Shown one piece after another: positions 61,017 to 64,000 of a stretch of DNA of 64,000 bases (position 1 is the first letter of the stretch; each line of letters opens with the position of its first letter). Source of the stretch: Paraspadella gotoi (Eukaryota > Animalia > Chaetognatha). Under the pieces are notes generated by a model. That model worked only from the letters and a program-made list of their open reading frames with translations. It was not told where the DNA came from and ran no database searches. The translations under genes were made by a program, and so were the position numbers. The stretch covers positions 490,721 through 554,720 of the forward strand of contig CM119271.1 in assembly GCA_051294375.1 (NCBI GenBank). The letters are read 5' to 3'.

Positions 61017-62686
61017 TAAGGGGTGAACTTAGGCAAAGATTTTTTCTTAAATAGGTAATAGACAATTTTTTAGTTTACCTAGTAGTTAACTGAATAAAAG
61101 TAGGCAATTTTTAATTGAGGAAAGGATCTTTAAAACTAAGATATAACTGATAAACGTATGATCTAATTTGCTAAGATTTAAAAGGGAAAGGTTATCATTA
61201 ATAATTTGAAGCCAAATGATATTAAATATTGTATTAAATATTAAATATTGTAGTCTAATTGTATTCTATTGTAGTCTAACCTAGTGTTGTATAGATGCTC
61301 CCTCGATTTCCAGAAGACAACACTGACCTCCTCTTCCCAAAATGAGTTATTAGATATAATAAGTAAATAATATTTTAAAAAAGTAATATATATAATTAAA
61401 TAATATAGTTTAAATAGTAAAACATTACCTTCACCTGTCCTCAATCTGACCATTGTCTTTTTCTCAACCTTTGTTGGAAGCTTTATCTCTCTCTCTTTTC
61501 TCTCTCTCTCTCTCTGTCTCTCTCTCTCTCTCTCTCAATTTCTCTCTCTCTCTCTCTCTTCTCTCTAACTCAATGTTAAGAGAAAAATTTGTCTGATTAT
61601 TCAAAACGCTGCATGAAGGCTGGGTATAACATAAAGGCCCAAAACAGTGTCCCTATGTAAAAATAAAAATCGTTTATAAATAAAACAAATAAACTTTGTT
61701 TTTCTCTAAGTTAAATAGTAAACATTCATAAAATATAAAAATATAAGATATTGAAATAATAATTTTGCAAATTTTCATATTAAAATTAAAAAAAATAACA
61801 AAATAGGATATTTTTCGGTATTAATTTTTAAACAAAATCTTTATCAAATATACAACTTTAATTTGCGCTCAACATTGAAATTTCAATTAGTTTTAGCCCA
61901 AATATTTTTTAATGAAATATAAAAATAATTTTATAAAAAAATTAATAGCCTAAAACTTATTTGGTGTTTTGGTATTTGGTGTTTGATTTAGATTTTAAAT
62001 TTTTTTTTATTTAAAAATCATATCCATAGGATATTACTTTCCATATCGAGCTCATTTTTTAATATAAACAGCCTAAGGGAGGTATGAGTAATCCATATCA
62101 TATTCTGGCAAAGAATTTCTAATGAGCTTTGACATTTCTAAAATAAGATACAAAAACATTTTTGGGTGACTTGAGTCTTGTGTTCATTTTTATATCATCA
62201 TTGTTCAAGGTTGTTAATCTCCTAATCATATCAGGATACAACTGAATTTGTTTACATTGCAAATCTTTTTAAATGTATGCATCCTTATTTGTATTATTAC
62301 TAATTTCTTTATTATCTGTTAATTTTTTATTTATCAATGAATTAATCTTCTATAATAATTTTATTGGTTCTGGATCTGGTTAGTATCCAAAGTAGTTTAC
62401 ATTACTTAATGCTGATACTCATATTTTATGCCATCTGCGCAAAGTATTTTTTGGCTTAAAACTATAGAGAATAACAAATTGAAAATATAGTGATAAAAAC
62501 GAAAATTATTTAACAATAAAAGAAAATATATTGTTTATTTATCTTTAAAAATAAATATAAAGCAAAATATTTGTATTCAGAAATTTGCCTATATTTTATT
62601 AAGAAAAATCATTTCTTTACCTTAGGCAATTTCAGTAACACTTTCTCAGTTTAATCAGGCAAAATATTACCTAAGTTCACCCCATA
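61017..62686. mobile_element. Non-autonomous TIR element (hAT-like, ~8-bp TSD)
   Basis: TAAGGGGTGAACTTAGG / CCTAAGTTCACCCCATA; flanks CTAGTGTT and CTAGTGTc; the uninterrupted site is visible in the paralogous copy at ~60607-60620. Confidence 0.8.
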
Positions 62687-62855
62687 CTAGTGTCAATTAG
62701 AATCGAATATTGAGATTGAAACCAGAGAAAACAGAGATAGAGAGAGTGAGAGAGTGAGAGAGAGAGAGAGAGAGAATCAGTAGCCGGCTTTCCCTTGCGA
62801 CCACAAACATGGCCAAGCTGGGCGCGAAAATCGTCGCCGCCACACTTTTCTTTTT

Positions 62856-63530
62856 TTAGTCGGATCTGCTTTCAGCAGATCCCGACTCTATAATTCACTT
62901 TGTCGGTCCGTCGGGCGTTCCTCAATCTTGTCTTGGTTTGGCATTCACGAACGAATGTCGTCCGTCCATCCCACCTTAGCAGATGGATGGATTGGAATGA
63001 AATTTGTTGTGTGGGTGTAGGAAGTGTGTGATTGAGCTGGATATGAAGTTTCGATGAAATCGTCCAAGTGGAAATGAGTTAAATGGGAAAAACAAAAAAA
63101 TATATTTCACTATTTGACACCAATTACTCATGATGTGAATGGGGATTGACTTGAAATTTTGTATTTGGGTAGAAAATTGTGTGATTAACTGGAAATTTAG
63201 TTTCAATGGAATCAGTTTGAGTAGAAATGAGTTATAAAAACAAAGAACCTGTTTCACTAATTGATTATGCTTCTTTTTCCTTTTATTTTAAATGGAAATG
63301 CAAGATTATTAATTAATCAAATAATTAATTAGTTAATTAATCAATTAGTCAATTAATTAATCAATAATTAATTAATCAGTCAATTAGTCAATCAAAACAA
63401 ACATTTCAGATCAAATTAATTAATTAATAGCCTAATTAATTAAATAATTAACTTGATTAAATTAAATAATTAATAATTAATTACCGATAATGATCGTGGG
63501 CAGATCCGACATTGTTTGCTCAAACTTGTT
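62856..63530 (+). mobile_element. DINE-1/HINE-like element, both termini intact
   Basis: 5' TTAGTCGGATCTGC...GCAGATCCCGAC hairpin, GTCC repeats, core, 3' sub-TIR GCAGATCCGAC, hairpin GTTTGCTCAAAC, ending in TT. Confidence 0.85.
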
Positions 63531-63740
63531 TCTTTCTTTCTTTCATCTTTCTTTTTATCATTCTTTTTTATATTTTTCCCATGGCCTTTTGTTTGTCAAA
63601 TATAACTAGAGGCTTAACAGACACATCTGCCTCCATCTTCAGGTGTTGAAGAATATATTATAAATGTTTTACAACAACGACGAAACAGTTCAGGAGTAGA
63701 AAAACTACGCAGCTCCTCTTAATGATATAATTATACTCTT

Positions 63741-63792
<52 letters not shown>

Positions 63793-64000
63793 TAAGTTGT
63801 ATTTTCATCATTTCATTCCTTCACGTATTAATTTTATCACCCTAATATTTTTTTTATTATTTTTGTGACTCTGGCGATAAATTGTGACGCTCTATCGTTA
63901 ACTCCTAATTTAATCAGAAAAAAAAATACATACATAAACATAACAAACAAAAAACAAACATAACAAAATGTCGTGTTTAAGCGACAAAGCGATTCTTCAC

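Overview
AT-rich, intron- and repeat-rich animal (invertebrate-type) genomic DNA in the standard code. Four spliced protein genes can be reconstructed by hand: MAP2K4/MKK4 (+, 10 exons), a YAP/Yorkie co-activator with a degenerate first WW domain (-, 13 exons), a 141-aa Cys/His-motif protein with two alternative first exons (-), and a divergent SLC1/EAAT-family transporter with altered cation-site residues (-, 10 exons). There are four tRNA genes (Trp, Ser x2, Asn). The repeat content is DINE-1/HINE-like Helentron derivatives, several TIR elements, Penelope-like remnants with minimal hammerhead ribozymes and a Tc1/mariner remnant. The most notable signal is two dissimilar families of miniature LTR elements (TRIMs) whose LTRs contain a tRNA-derived Pol III cassette and whose primer-binding sites match the tRNA-Trp gene in this window. 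Tandem duplications also repeatedly straddle splice sites, including about 27 copies of a 5' splice site. All coordinates and alignments were made by eye; no database searches were run.
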